The position numbers and the translations under genes were made by a program. From an uncultured Holophaga sp. (GTDB lineage Bacteria > Acidobacteriota > Holophagae > Holophagales > Holophagaceae): a stretch of 64,000 bases of DNA. The stretch is from positions 2,944,001-3,008,000 of the forward strand of contig OY761614.1 of the NCBI GenBank assembly GCA_963664825.1, read 5' to 3'. Numbering within the stretch: the first letter of the stretch is position 1; each line of letters opens with the position of its first letter. Under the pieces are notes generated by a model. It did not search any database, was not told where the DNA came from, and saw only the letters and a list, made by a program, of their open reading frames with translations. Of this stretch, positions 21,109-30,751 are shown piece after piece.

Positions 21109-22985
21109 ACAACCTGATCCTCAACCTGCTCCGCGCCTGGCATGGAGGCGGAGCCCTTGCCATGACAGGTCTTGGGCTCCTGGGCCTGCTCTGGTGCTTC
21201 CTTCGCTGGGCCTGGGTGGAGCGTGAGCACCCTCTGGTCCTCCTGCGGGATCGCTTCCACGGGCTCACCCGTTGGCTGCTGCTGCACCGCCGTTCTCCGA
21301 AGACCCTTCCCCTCAGCGTAGTTCTGATGGCCCTGGGCCTGGGCATGACCTGGGCCGTGGAGCAGGAGGTCTTCGTGCGAGGGGCGTTCCGTAACGGCCC
21401 GCTCTTCCTGGGAGCCCATGCGGTGCTGGTACTCCTGGCGCTGGTGGCCTGGGTTACCTGGAACCGGGAACCCAAGTATGTAAAGTCGGGCGAGGGCCGC
21501 GCCGATGCCCGGTTCCGCGACGTGGCCGAGGAATGGAGCGTGCGCGTGGTGGAGGGTGGTACGACCCACACGGACAACCGCCCCACAGCCGAGTTGCTGG
21601 TGTACCGCAGCCCCTCGCGCCTGGCATGCCGCATCGTGGCAGCGGGCCAGCACAAGGGGTGCAACCTCACCCTGCTGTCCTTCCGCTGGGACATCCTCTC
21701 ACGGCACGTTTTTGTGGTGGGCCCCCAGGGCTCGGGCAAGACCGCCAGCCTCTACGCGCCGATCATGCACAGCTCGCTAGTGCCTTGGATCTACCAAGAC
21801 AGCAAGGCCGAGCTGCCCTTCCGCGATGAGTTCCCGGATCGACCTGTCTTCGGCTTGGACGTGCGCGGACACGCCACCCGCAGCGGCATCTGGAACCCGC
21901 TGGAGGAGATCCGCAGCGCCGAGGATTTCGATCTCATCGTGGATTACCTTTTCCCGAGTGATCCAAATGATAAGAACAAGTGGATCCGAGATATGTCTCG
22001 CGTGCTTTTCGGGGTGATTCTCCGTCTTCAACGATGGGAGAGCATCCAAGAGATCGCACGAACCCTGCGGAAGACACGACTAGAACCCCTGCTTGCGCAG
22101 CTTGATCCTATCTATTTGGATACAATGAAAGACCCGCGAAGCCAGGCAATTGTGCTCACGGATCTAGTCGTTGGGCTGAGCCGCTGGGAAACCGTTCGGG
22201 TGCGCAGCATCACCGAGGGCAGGAGCACCGTCACCTTGGACGATTTCATCGCCAGGGGCGGCTACCTGATGAACTGCGAGGACAGCGATGCCCTGAAGGG
22301 CCCCGTGTATGTCTTCTGGGCCATGCTGCTGGGGCGCTTGAGGAATCGCCCCGAAGGCGCATCGAAGCTCCTGCTTCTACTCGATGAGTTTGGCGACTGT
22401 GGGCGCATCCCGAACATCCAGCGGGCCCTGGTGTTGCTGCGCTCCAAGGGCGTCTCCATCGTGGCGGGCATCCAGAACCTGGGCTTGCTCCAGGATGTCT
22501 ATACCCAGGACTGGAAGGCGGTCATGGAGGGCTTCGGCACACGAATCTGGCTGGCTCGGAACCTGGAAGACGATCTGCGCGAGCGGCTCTCCAAGGCCTT
22601 GGGCAAATTCACGCGCCGCGTCCCGCCTGCCAACAAGAACGCCAAGGAAACGGAGAAGGAGGCCGACCTCATGCCCGTGGATGCCTGGGGTCGCTGGTCT
22701 GAGCTGCGGGTAGCCCTGGGGCGCCTGCATGGATTCACCTACTGGTTCCCCGTACCCATCGAGATCCCACGCACGCCCCTGGGCGAGGTGCTGCCCGGCG
22801 GCGATCCCTGGGCCGATTCCGAGGCGGAGGCCAAGGCCGCTGCCCAGGATGCCCTGAAGGCCATCGAGTTGCCGGAATGGTGTCTCCAGGTGCCTACAGA
22901 ATTGGCGACGCCTGATGCCGATCCTCAGCCCTCTCATAGCCTTGAGAGTGTCATCCGCACTGTGCATGAGGAGGACTGGCTGTGA
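21105..22985 (+). CDS. Type IV coupling protein (VirD4/TraG-like)
   Basis: N-terminal TM helices; Walker A GPQGSGKT; WNPL; Walker B LLLLLDEFG; RSKGVSIVAGIQNLG. Confidence 0.85.
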   Translation: MNNLILNLLRAWHGGGALAMTGLGLLGLLWCFLRWAWVEREHPLVLLRDRFHGLTRWLLLHRRSPKTLPLSVVLMALGLGMTWAVEQEVFVRGAFRNGPLFLGAHAVLVLLALVAWVTWNREPKYVKSGEGRADARFRDVAEEWSVRVVEGGTTHTDNRPTAELLVYRSPSRLACRIVAAGQHKGCNLTLLSFRWDILSRHVFVVGPQGSGKTASLYAPIMHSSLVPWIYQDSKAELPFRDEFPDRPVFGLDVRGHATRSGIWNPLEEIRSAEDFDLIVDYLFPSDPNDKNKWIRDMSRVLFGVILRLQRWESIQEIARTLRKTRLEPLLAQLDPIYLDTMKDPRSQAIVLTDLVVGLSRWETVRVRSITEGRSTVTLDDFIARGGYLMNCEDSDALKGPVYVFWAMLLGRLRNRPEGASKLLLLLDEFGDCGRIPNIQRALVLLRSKGVSIVAGIQNLGLLQDVYTQDWKAVMEGFGTRIWLARNLEDDLRERLSKALGKFTRRVPPANKNAKETEKEADLMPVDAWGRWSELRVALGRLHGFTYWFPVPIEIPRTPLGEVLPGGDPWADSEAEAKAAAQDALKAIELPEWCLQVPTELATPDADPQPSHSLESVIRTVHEEDWL

Positions 22986-23482
22986 GCGATCCGGGATGGG
23001 TTTCCTACGGGCGAGGCGTTGTCGAGGATGGCCTTGCCAACCTCGATGGCTGGGCGGATATCGTCGTGGACCTTCGTGCAGAAGGCCTGGAGGATGGGGA
23101 AATCACCCTGGTCCTGCGGGAGCAGCAGGCCTGGACGGCCGAAGCTCGCGAATGGAAGCAGCATGGGTTCCCCTACGACGAGATCATCACCCGACTCCGG
23201 GATGAGCTGCTGGCGGAGTGGGGAGATGTGGCCCACGCGTTGATGGAGGTGGGTCTTCCACCCGCCGATATGCTGCGCGCGGTTCTCCCGCTCACCGAGG
23301 AGAGCGAGCTGGTTCTAGTGGTGCAGGCCGCGCTCCTGGACGGTCCAGAGGATGCGGACTACCAGGAAGTTCGTGGCGTGTTGGGATTCTTCTTCAGGAG
23401 CGAGGAAGAGGCGCTCGGAGTGTTGGATCTGGATGGCGTTCAACGGGAGATTGCAGCCCAGCGTTTGGGGCTCTCGAGGTAG
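22982..23482 (+). CDS. Acidic hypothetical protein
   Basis: GTGA overlap with the T4CP stop; GAGGAGG upstream. Confidence 0.65.
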   Translation: MSDPGWVSYGRGVVEDGLANLDGWADIVVDLRAEGLEDGEITLVLREQQAWTAEAREWKQHGFPYDEIITRLRDELLAEWGDVAHALMEVGLPPADMLRAVLPLTEESELVLVVQAALLDGPEDADYQEVRGVLGFFFRSEEEALGVLDLDGVQREIAAQRLGLSR

Positions 23483-23684
23483 TTGTCTGGATTGAGGTGA
23501 GGGCATGGGAGGCCACGGCTTTCCGTGCCCTTTCCCGTGTCAGGCACTGCCGGTTGTCCTGATCCCGCGCCACGGCGGGCCTACCCGCTCTCTACCCGGT
23601 CCCCGGTTCGTTCCCGGTCCGGCCCTGGGGAGCGGGGGACCCCGGTGTGTTCGTGCCCCGACCCGGTGGGCACGGAGAAACGCC

Positions 23685-24383
23685 ATGACCCCTACCAGCC
23701 TTTCCCTCTTCGATCAGCCAATCACCACTGCTCCCAGCCAACCCAAGAGCTTCCCCGTTGCCGAGACGGTTGCCCTCTACGGTCCCGAGTCCCTCTCGGA
23801 TGCCCAGATCATCGAAGCCATGCTGAACCGCGTCCGCCCAGGAAGGGCCGAGGAGATCCTCCACCAGGTCGAAAGCCTGGGACGCCTGGTTGCCCTGGGG
23901 CCCGCCGAACTTCAGGCCCTCGGCCTCACAAAGGGCGAGATGGCCCGCTTCGCGGTCCTCCAGGAGGTGCAGCGCCGCTCCACCCGCAGCTTTGAACGCC
24001 CGCGCATTTCCTCCCCCAGGGCCGCCGGGAGCTACCTGCTGCCCAAGGCCCAGGGCTGGACCGAGGAGCGCTTCGGGATGCTGGCCCTAAACGCCAAGGG
24101 CGAACTGCTCGCCGACCGGGTGCTGGCCCACGGCACCGCCACCGCCTGTCTCATTAGCCCTCGGGAGTTCTTCCGGGAAGCCCTCCGCTTCGGCGCCACC
24201 ACGGCCCTGGCCTGGCATAACCACCCGTCAGGGGATCCTACTCCTTCCCGCGAGGATTGCGCCCTCACCAACCGCCTACGCTCTGCTGGCGAGAGCCTGG
24301 GGGTGCCCCTGGCGGACCACATGGTTCTGGGCAGCGAAAGCTGGCACAGCTTCCGGGCGGCGGAGGGGTGGGAGCGGAGTTAA
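23685..24383 (+). CDS. radC: RadC-like JAB/MPN domain protein
   Basis: GPESLSD, PREFFREAL, HNHPSGDPTPSRED and LADHMV motifs. Confidence 0.92.
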   Translation: MTPTSLSLFDQPITTAPSQPKSFPVAETVALYGPESLSDAQIIEAMLNRVRPGRAEEILHQVESLGRLVALGPAELQALGLTKGEMARFAVLQEVQRRSTRSFERPRISSPRAAGSYLLPKAQGWTEERFGMLALNAKGELLADRVLAHGTATACLISPREFFREALRFGATTALAWHNHPSGDPTPSREDCALTNRLRSAGESLGVPLADHMVLGSESWHSFRAAEGWERS

Positions 24384-24463
24384 TCGGTCATCGCTCCAGG
24401 CTTGCCCGACGCCACCATCAGAAGACCAGTTCTGGCCATGGACGCGCCTTACCAATTGCATAA

Positions 24464-25972
24464 TTATATACTATTCAACAACGGCATTGCTTTAAATCGT
24501 CCCAACAATGCCAGCACCCCTGGATCCGTGATCTCAGAACATGCCCGTTCGGCTTCGGTGAGAAGACCCGAGGTGGATTCGGCCTTGGCGTGAATTTCCT
24601 CTTTCAGAAGGTGAAGAATCGCCATGGCTTTGAGAGTTCGGTCCCCGGTGGCGGCTTCAATCGCCTTCAGGTAGAGGGCTTTCCCGGCAGCAGTTTGTCC
24701 AGATCGATAATGGAGAAGCCCATCTGTGGCCAAAAGGGTAGTGTTGAGGAAGGGGCCGTCCTTCTGTTGAGGAATTGAATCAAAAACCAATTTTGCTTCC
24801 CCGATCTTGCCTTGGTATGCAAGTGCCACCGCCTTGTTATTGAGAAGAACAGGGTGAGTGGGGTTTGCCCGAAGGCCAAAATTAGATATCTCTTCACTCA
24901 ATTCAGGATTTTCGAGCAAAGTGCAAGCAAGGTACGAGCCAAACGTCGCTGGCCTCGATGAAAAAGGCTCATCCAGGCCCCACTTAATGAACGCATCAAG
25001 AGACTCTTTCCAGCTCCCTCTCAGATAGGCGAGACGAGCCTGTGCCTCATACGAACGTTCAACACTCTTAACATCTGTCTGCACGTTGATGGTCTTGATC
25101 CGTTTCGCCAACCAGACAGCCTGGGCGACAGCATTTTCAGTCGGAGTCCCGAGGCTTTGCTTGATCAATTTCTTTCCCTGCTTATGGTTCCCAGCAGCCA
25201 ATTCCATGGACCCTAAAGCGCTGGAAAGTTCTGAGAGTTGTAATTCAGAGAAGGAGGCCGAGGCAAGCATCTCCCGCGCCGATTTGATATTCACCGCAGG
25301 CGCCTCGGCGACCTCCGAGGTAGCGATCTGGGCAGCAAGGAGCCACGGGTCTCGCACTGTTGCAGGGCTTCTACTCAGAATCGCGAGTGCCCGGTCTGTA
25401 TCCTTGTTATGAATATACAGCCGTGCAGCCGATCGCAGAATGTAACGATTATTTGGCGCCGCCTCCACCGCACGTCTCATCGCTCGGAGAGAGGGACCAA
25501 GCTGTCCGATCAAGACGTATGCGCGGGCAAGATCGGCCCAAAGAAGCGGATTCATTGGGTAATCAATTAATGTTCTTTTAATCGCCGCAATCTGAACCTG
25601 AGCCAACTTATGGCTGAATTCAGGCTCGGATGAAATTGTTGGTGCTTGTCTTGGTTTGATCTGATCAAGAACAGCCTTCGCCAAGGATTGGCTGAACGGC
25701 GATGCTGTCGGAAAGCCCAGGATCAATTCGGCGGCAGGCCTCGCCTCAGAGAATCGGTTGAGGGCCATGGCGCCCACAATAATGTCGTACGCGATGCCAG
25801 GCGTCTGTTGTTCGCACCATTCCTTCAATGAATCTTCAAAATCAGAGGACTCAATCAGAACAGTGCTTCTGAGGGCCTTAAGTGGGCTCAGTTCACCAAC
25901 CTGAATCGTAGTCGCAGAGTCTCTCCATCTTGGGATGACTCTTCTTTTGTCATCTTTAACCCCGAGGCTCAT
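24464..25972 (-). CDS. TPR-repeat protein (502 aa), kinase-associated
   Basis: TPR-like helices (NPLLWADLARAY, APNNRYILRSAARLY, LNNKAVALAY); 4-nt gap after the kinase stop. Confidence 0.8.
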   Translation of the reverse strand: MSLGVKDDKRRVIPRWRDSATTIQVGELSPLKALRSTVLIESSDFEDSLKEWCEQQTPGIAYDIIVGAMALNRFSEARPAAELILGFPTASPFSQSLAKAVLDQIKPRQAPTISSEPEFSHKLAQVQIAAIKRTLIDYPMNPLLWADLARAYVLIGQLGPSLRAMRRAVEAAPNNRYILRSAARLYIHNKDTDRALAILSRSPATVRDPWLLAAQIATSEVAEAPAVNIKSAREMLASASFSELQLSELSSALGSMELAAGNHKQGKKLIKQSLGTPTENAVAQAVWLAKRIKTINVQTDVKSVERSYEAQARLAYLRGSWKESLDAFIKWGLDEPFSSRPATFGSYLACTLLENPELSEEISNFGLRANPTHPVLLNNKAVALAYQGKIGEAKLVFDSIPQQKDGPFLNTTLLATDGLLHYRSGQTAAGKALYLKAIEAATGDRTLKAMAILHLLKEEIHAKAESTSGLLTEAERACSEITDPGVLALLGRFKAMPLLNSI

Positions 25973-25976
25973 GAAC

Positions 25977-27044
25977 TCACGCCTTCTTTCTGAAGACGAA
26001 TTCCGCCTTGCTTGCCATCAGATTGAACTTCGACACATACCGCTCCATAGAAAACTGCATGGCGCCATTCCCTCTTGCTTTTGGGTTCCCGCGTCGAGCA
26101 ATGTCCGGGTCGCAAAGTTGGGTGATGGTTTCCAGGATCTCGTCGCGAAATTCGGGATCAATGGCGGGCCGTAGTCGTTCTATCACTGTGCCGAATGATT
26201 TTTTTATTACAGGCAAAACTTCCATATAGGTCCCAGTCCAGTCGCCGCTCCATGTTCTGGGCCGATGTGAAACGGGAGTTACATTCATTAATTCTGGGGT
26301 CATCGCCGTGCCGGCGAAGAAGTAGACAACCATGCTCCCGAGAAGGTATAGATCGCAGCCATGCCGACGCACGTACCAATTGTCGCTGATGTGATTGAAC
26401 AGCAATTCTGGGGGTGCGTAGCGCAAATCACCTTGAACGGGATGAATCTCATGAGGCGGTTTTTTCCCCTGGGCTGCTGCGCGCCCCATGTCCGTGATCT
26501 TAGAAACGTTGTCGTTGAACACGAGCACGTTGGAAGGTTTCAAGTCCTGGTGTGCAATCGCCTGTTTGTGTAATTGCCACAAGCCGGTAGCGATGTGATG
26601 GAGGGCCCGAAGTCTGAGTGCGATGTCAAATCTCCGGGAGAAATCAATTTGAGATCTGACATCTCCATCTGCCAATTCAAAGATTAGATAGGGGACAGCG
26701 CCTGCATCACCTGCATCCGCGATTCGTGTCGTTCCATCCGCAATTGCTGTGGCTATCTTGTCGAGGCGACGATCCCGGCATAGATTCAATATGTCTCTTT
26801 CAAAATTGTACCCTTCGGTGAGGGCTTGGATTGCACGGGCGGGATCGGCGGACCCTAGGGCGGAGGAAATATCGAGAGCTTTCAGGAATGCCTTCCGGCC
26901 CTTCTCGTCCTCGACAAAATACCCCACGGAAAAAGATCCGCCTGTAGAACTGGGGCCCCTGGAATGCCTTTCGATGACCTTCCATCCACCATCAAGGGTC
27001 AACCCAATCAATCTCTCAGCAGGCTTCAGGGCAGGAGTGGGCAT
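25977..27044 (-). CDS. Soluble Hanks-type Ser/Thr protein kinase
   Basis: GGSFSVGY, AFLKAL, HQDLKPSNVLV, DMG, YAPPE and DLYLLG motifs; GAGG RBS before ATG 27044 (ORF open to 27125). Confidence 0.88.
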   Translation of the reverse strand: MPTPALKPAERLIGLTLDGGWKVIERHSRGPSSTGGSFSVGYFVEDEKGRKAFLKALDISSALGSADPARAIQALTEGYNFERDILNLCRDRRLDKIATAIADGTTRIADAGDAGAVPYLIFELADGDVRSQIDFSRRFDIALRLRALHHIATGLWQLHKQAIAHQDLKPSNVLVFNDNVSKITDMGRAAAQGKKPPHEIHPVQGDLRYAPPELLFNHISDNWYVRRHGCDLYLLGSMVVYFFAGTAMTPELMNVTPVSHRPRTWSGDWTGTYMEVLPVIKKSFGTVIERLRPAIDPEFRDEILETITQLCDPDIARRGNPKARGNGAMQFSMERYVSKFNLMASKAEFVFRKKA

Positions 27045-27133
27045 TTGGTTCCTCGGAAGTAATCTATTCGCTAAGCTTGGTGAATGGTATCTATTTTCAG
27101 CAAAAGGGACGTCATTCCGGCTCACTCGGCCAA

Positions 27134-27439
27134 TTAAACCCGGGGATAGGCGAACTTCAGGCCCAGCATCTCCGCATAATCCTTGGCCTGCTGGAGGTCG
27201 TCCGAGGCGGCCTTGTACTCGGCCTTCGCTTCCACTATTGCGATGGGGAAGTCGCGCCGGAAGCGAAGCAAGTAGTCCACCCGCTTTGGAGGGCGACGGA
27301 TGAATCCTTTGCCGACAGAAACGATCCGACCATCCGTGATGGACCTCTGTTCCGCGATGGAATGAGGTTCGGCGTCCCAGCCCGCCACCTGAAGCAGGGG
27401 GACGACAAACTTCCTACAGGTGTCGGCTTCAGTGGGCAT
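27134..27439 (-). pseudogene. hsdR: N-terminal fragment of a type I restriction R subunit
   Basis: TEADTC...P.L..AGW, VDYLL, IVEAK, LQQAKDYAEMLGLKFAY, then an abrupt stop. Confidence 0.8.
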
Positions 27440-27505
27440 GGTTTGGCGATCAGGGTCTCGGTGAAAAGGGCGATTCTCGTTTCACTCTATCGCTTATGAG
27501 GAGAT

Positions 27506-27829
27506 TTGCTGAGCCGTTTATTCCTTGGTTGGTATTTTCCTGCGAGCCCATCGAAACCAAGAAGGGCCAGGGCATTATCTTCATCGACGGCCGCCAAGAC
27601 CGCCTTCGCGGGACTCCTTCAGGGCTCCACCCTCAATGGCGATCAGATCGACTTCTTGGACATTATGATTAACCGTCTCACCGAGCACGGCGCCATGGAT
27701 CCGGCACTGCTCCACGAATCGGCCTACACGGACATCAGCCCCAAGGGGATGGAGGGAGTGTTTGATCCTCCGCAGGTGGAGCTGCTGCTTGGATTATTGG
27801 CGGATGTGCGGCAGAGAACGGTGGCGTAA
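27506..27829 (+). pseudogene. C-terminal fragment of a type I restriction R subunit (EcoEI R C-terminal-like)
   Basis: AAKTAF...LNGDQIDFLDIMINRLTEHGAMDPALLHESAYTDISPKG. Confidence 0.7.
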
Positions 27830-27877
27830 AATGCAAGTATTATTATTTTTAATATTGGCTTGCGCAAATTTACATGA

Positions 27878-28510
27878 TCATGGGTTATCTATCCCAAGAT
27901 CTGGCATCGATTCATAAACTGTTGCAACTTCTTTTATACCAAATAAATACAATTCGCCATTGATGGCAGCTATATCCATTACATCACTTGAATCATAATC
28001 ATTCGAATTTGTTTCATGATTATGACCAGACGCAATATTATCGTTATTTTTGTCAATTTTTGCTTTTTTTATTATAGATTCGTCAAATTTTCTTATTGCT
28101 TCTGACAAGTCCGACGATTTGCCCTTAAACACCAGCTTTGGATCAACACGTATTATTGTGCGCACCCCAGCCGTTGTCTTCATGCCTTTAGGTCTTACAA
28201 TAACGCCTGATTTTTCTAACCCCCTAAGTGCCCTATTGTATGCCTGAGGACACATTCCTAATTCGGGTGCCAGTTCCGTTTGTGCCAAAAAAATCCAGTT
28301 ACTAAACTGCATTTTGGCAATTAGATGCAGTAATACCTTTAGTTGAACCGGAGTAACTTTTTTCGATGTTGATGAGGTTATTACAGACAACAACTTGGTC
28401 TGCTTAAGGGTTACCCAGGCAGCTGCAGGTATTATTCGATCATCCATAATGGTTGAATCATCGACGCAACCGCTATCTTGAGATCCATTCCCCGTCTCAG
28501 GCTTTGACAT
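27878..28510 (-). CDS. RepL-like winged-HTH replication/regulatory protein
   Basis: KVLLHLIAKMQFSNW...QTELAPELG...NRALRGLEKSGVI...VDPKLVFKG; AT-rich. Confidence 0.6.
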   Translation of the reverse strand: MSKPETGNGSQDSGCVDDSTIMDDRIIPAAAWVTLKQTKLLSVITSSTSKKVTPVQLKVLLHLIAKMQFSNWIFLAQTELAPELGMCPQAYNRALRGLEKSGVIVRPKGMKTTAGVRTIIRVDPKLVFKGKSSDLSEAIRKFDESIIKKAKIDKNNDNIASGHNHETNSNDYDSSDVMDIAAINGELYLFGIKEVATVYESMPDLGIDNP

Positions 28511-28883
28511 AACTCACCTACTCCGCCAGACACAAACACGAACCACACATACAGCTCAAAGCACTCCAAACGGGTCAATTAACCCTGGGGTTAATGGGGA
28601 AGGTCATAATATAGAATAGCCATGGGCTACCCACGTGTCAAATAGGCAATTAACTTGTGTACCCGCAGCACTTTAGACATCGCCCATAACCTACAAAGTA
28701 GGAATCCGCTAAGCGTAGGAGCGTAATCGGTTCGTTTTGAGTTGGTCTCATGGAGGAGTCGAGGCCTCCGACACTCCAGAGTCTGAACCACAATCCGAAC
28801 CCATCCTCCGAATGCAGGTGGTCTCTACCCAATCCCATTTGAAATGGGATGCGGAGGTGGAACTTTATCCCGAAGGAGCAAGT

Positions 28884-29168
28884 GTGTTGCCACGTAAACA
28901 GCCGAACACCCTGACACCAGATCAAAATGCGAGTCCCTCCGCACTAGAGTGCCTCCACCTCATCACTCAATACCCAAATCGCTACCTGAAGACCCCCCAA
29001 GCCGCCATCTACCTTGGGCTTTCCGCCCGATACCTTGAAGGCCTTCGCTGTGCGGGTGGAGGGCCACCATTCATCAAGCTGGCACCCCGAAAAGTGGTCT
29101 ACGACCTCCTGGACCTCGACGCTTGGGCTGATAGCTACCGTCGCCGAAATACGGCTCAGGAGGGATGA
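28884..29168 (+). CDS. AlpA/excisionase-like HTH protein
   Basis: YLKTPQAAIYLGLSARYLEGLR..GGGPPFIKL..KVVYDLLDLDAW; AAGGAG before GTG 28884; start uncertain. Confidence 0.8.
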   Translation: MLPRKQPNTLTPDQNASPSALECLHLITQYPNRYLKTPQAAIYLGLSARYLEGLRCAGGGPPFIKLAPRKVVYDLLDLDAWADSYRRRNTAQEG

Positions 29169-29989
29169 TCATGCCGCGGGAAAGTCGACTCTCAGAACCC
29201 CTCCCCTGGTATCCCTGGCAGCCCCTCCTGTGGCAGGCCGACCGTGTGGTCCAAAAGCTGTCCTGGGCCGAACGCGGGCTGCTGCGGGAGCTGCAGGACG
29301 AGTGCTACCTCAGACGCAGCATCCCACCCGATCTGGATGCCCTGGCGGATCTCCTGGCCGTAGAACCGGGAGAGATTGTCGAGTTCCTGCCAAAGGTACT
29401 TCGCCACTTCAAACCGACAGAGGGAGGGCGCTTGGTCAGTCCCCTGATCGAAGGGATTCACGAAAAGCAGGATGAGGCCCGCTTGAAGCAGTCCTTCCGG
29501 CGTCTAAAACAACCCTCTTCAAATTTCCGGCCTTATCCAGGGACCACCGCGGACACCTGCGGACCAGGAGAAGAGGAGATAGAGATAGAAAATAACAATA
29601 AACGGAAGAAAGATACTCCTGCGGGGTATTGCCCAGAGGCGGCGCTGCCGACTCCTGGGCAGGACGACACCGGCCTCACTCTTCCCTGCAATGGAAGCGG
29701 GCCACAGAGTTGGCCCATAACACCCCAACTGCTCTCTAAGTGGGCGCTGGCATTCCCCGGAGTCAACCTCCAAGCTGAGAGTCAAAAAATGCGCCTCTGG
29801 TTGGAGCAAAACCCCAAAAAGGGCAAAACCTACGCTGGAATGTCGCGATTCACGCTGGCATGGCTTTCTCGGTCCCAGGACCAGGGAGGCTCTTCCCGCG
29901 AAGGTAATTCCATGAGGAAGAGGCCCGAGTCAGACCTGAGCGCTCAACTCGAACAAATCGATTGGAATGGAGATGTAAATGCACAATAG
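29165..29989 (+). CDS. Phage-type replication initiator (DUF1376/YdaU-like)
   Basis: LPWYPW...ADR.V..LSWAERGL.RELQD; EIEIE linker; C-terminal KMRLWL..NPKK.KT..GM.RF...WLSR.QD. Confidence 0.75.
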   Translation: MIMPRESRLSEPLPWYPWQPLLWQADRVVQKLSWAERGLLRELQDECYLRRSIPPDLDALADLLAVEPGEIVEFLPKVLRHFKPTEGGRLVSPLIEGIHEKQDEARLKQSFRRLKQPSSNFRPYPGTTADTCGPGEEEIEIENNNKRKKDTPAGYCPEAALPTPGQDDTGLTLPCNGSGPQSWPITPQLLSKWALAFPGVNLQAESQKMRLWLEQNPKKGKTYAGMSRFTLAWLSRSQDQGGSSREGNSMRKRPESDLSAQLEQIDWNGDVNAQ

Positions 29990-30560
29990 GACGCTGTTTC
30001 TGCTCGAACATATTGGGCTTGCCCCAAAGGAACTGAATTACCTGGGTCAAGAGGCCATCCTGCAGGTTCCCCACCGTCCGAGTGGGTACGGCTTGGTTGG
30101 TAGCACGGGCACAGGTAAGACCTGCCATTTGGCCCGAGGGTTAGGGCAGACGATCGAGGCCATAGTTTTGGTGGCACCTGAACCTGCCCGCGCTTGTCTC
30201 CCCCGGAATGGATTTCGCTGGATTAATTGGCCTATGCGTGTTGAGAAAATCAAGCGTCTGGTCTCGAACAAACAATTCCAAGATATCGACGAAATAGTCT
30301 CAAGCCTCGCAGACGTGGGGCAGCTCTATCTCGATGATCTCGGGCGGGAGCGCATCGCCAATGACCATGACTATGGTGTTGGAATCCTCGCCGAGATTAT
30401 CGACCACCGCTACCGGCACAACCTGCCAATCTTCTGGAGCTCAAATTTCGCCCCTCAGGAACTCCTGGGGAAGTATCATGACGCGATCATCAGCAGGCTC
30501 GTCTCAACTTGGCCGCCAATCGTGATCAAGGGGAAGGACTTGAGGCTGCCTGAACGCTAA
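29979..30560 (+). CDS. DnaC/IstB-like AAA+ helicase loader
   Basis: GSTGTGKT, LYLDDLG and IIDHRY..NLP..SSN motifs. Confidence 0.8.
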   Translation: MHNRTLFLLEHIGLAPKELNYLGQEAILQVPHRPSGYGLVGSTGTGKTCHLARGLGQTIEAIVLVAPEPARACLPRNGFRWINWPMRVEKIKRLVSNKQFQDIDEIVSSLADVGQLYLDDLGRERIANDHDYGVGILAEIIDHRYRHNLPIFWSSNFAPQELLGKYHDAIISRLVSTWPPIVIKGKDLRLPER

Positions 30561-30751
30561 GCCTTCAGTCTTGGAGACTGGTGGCCTCGTTCGTGGAAGC
30601 AGCCACCCGGAATGGCCATCCATGGCATGAGAGTCCGGAAGAGCTAAAGGGTCGCAATGGTCTTCTGTGGAGACTTCGAGACTGGGGAATCTGGCCGTTG
30701 CCTGAGCAATTGAAGGGCTGAATCTGTTGAGAAAGGGCCGGGGCAACCCGG

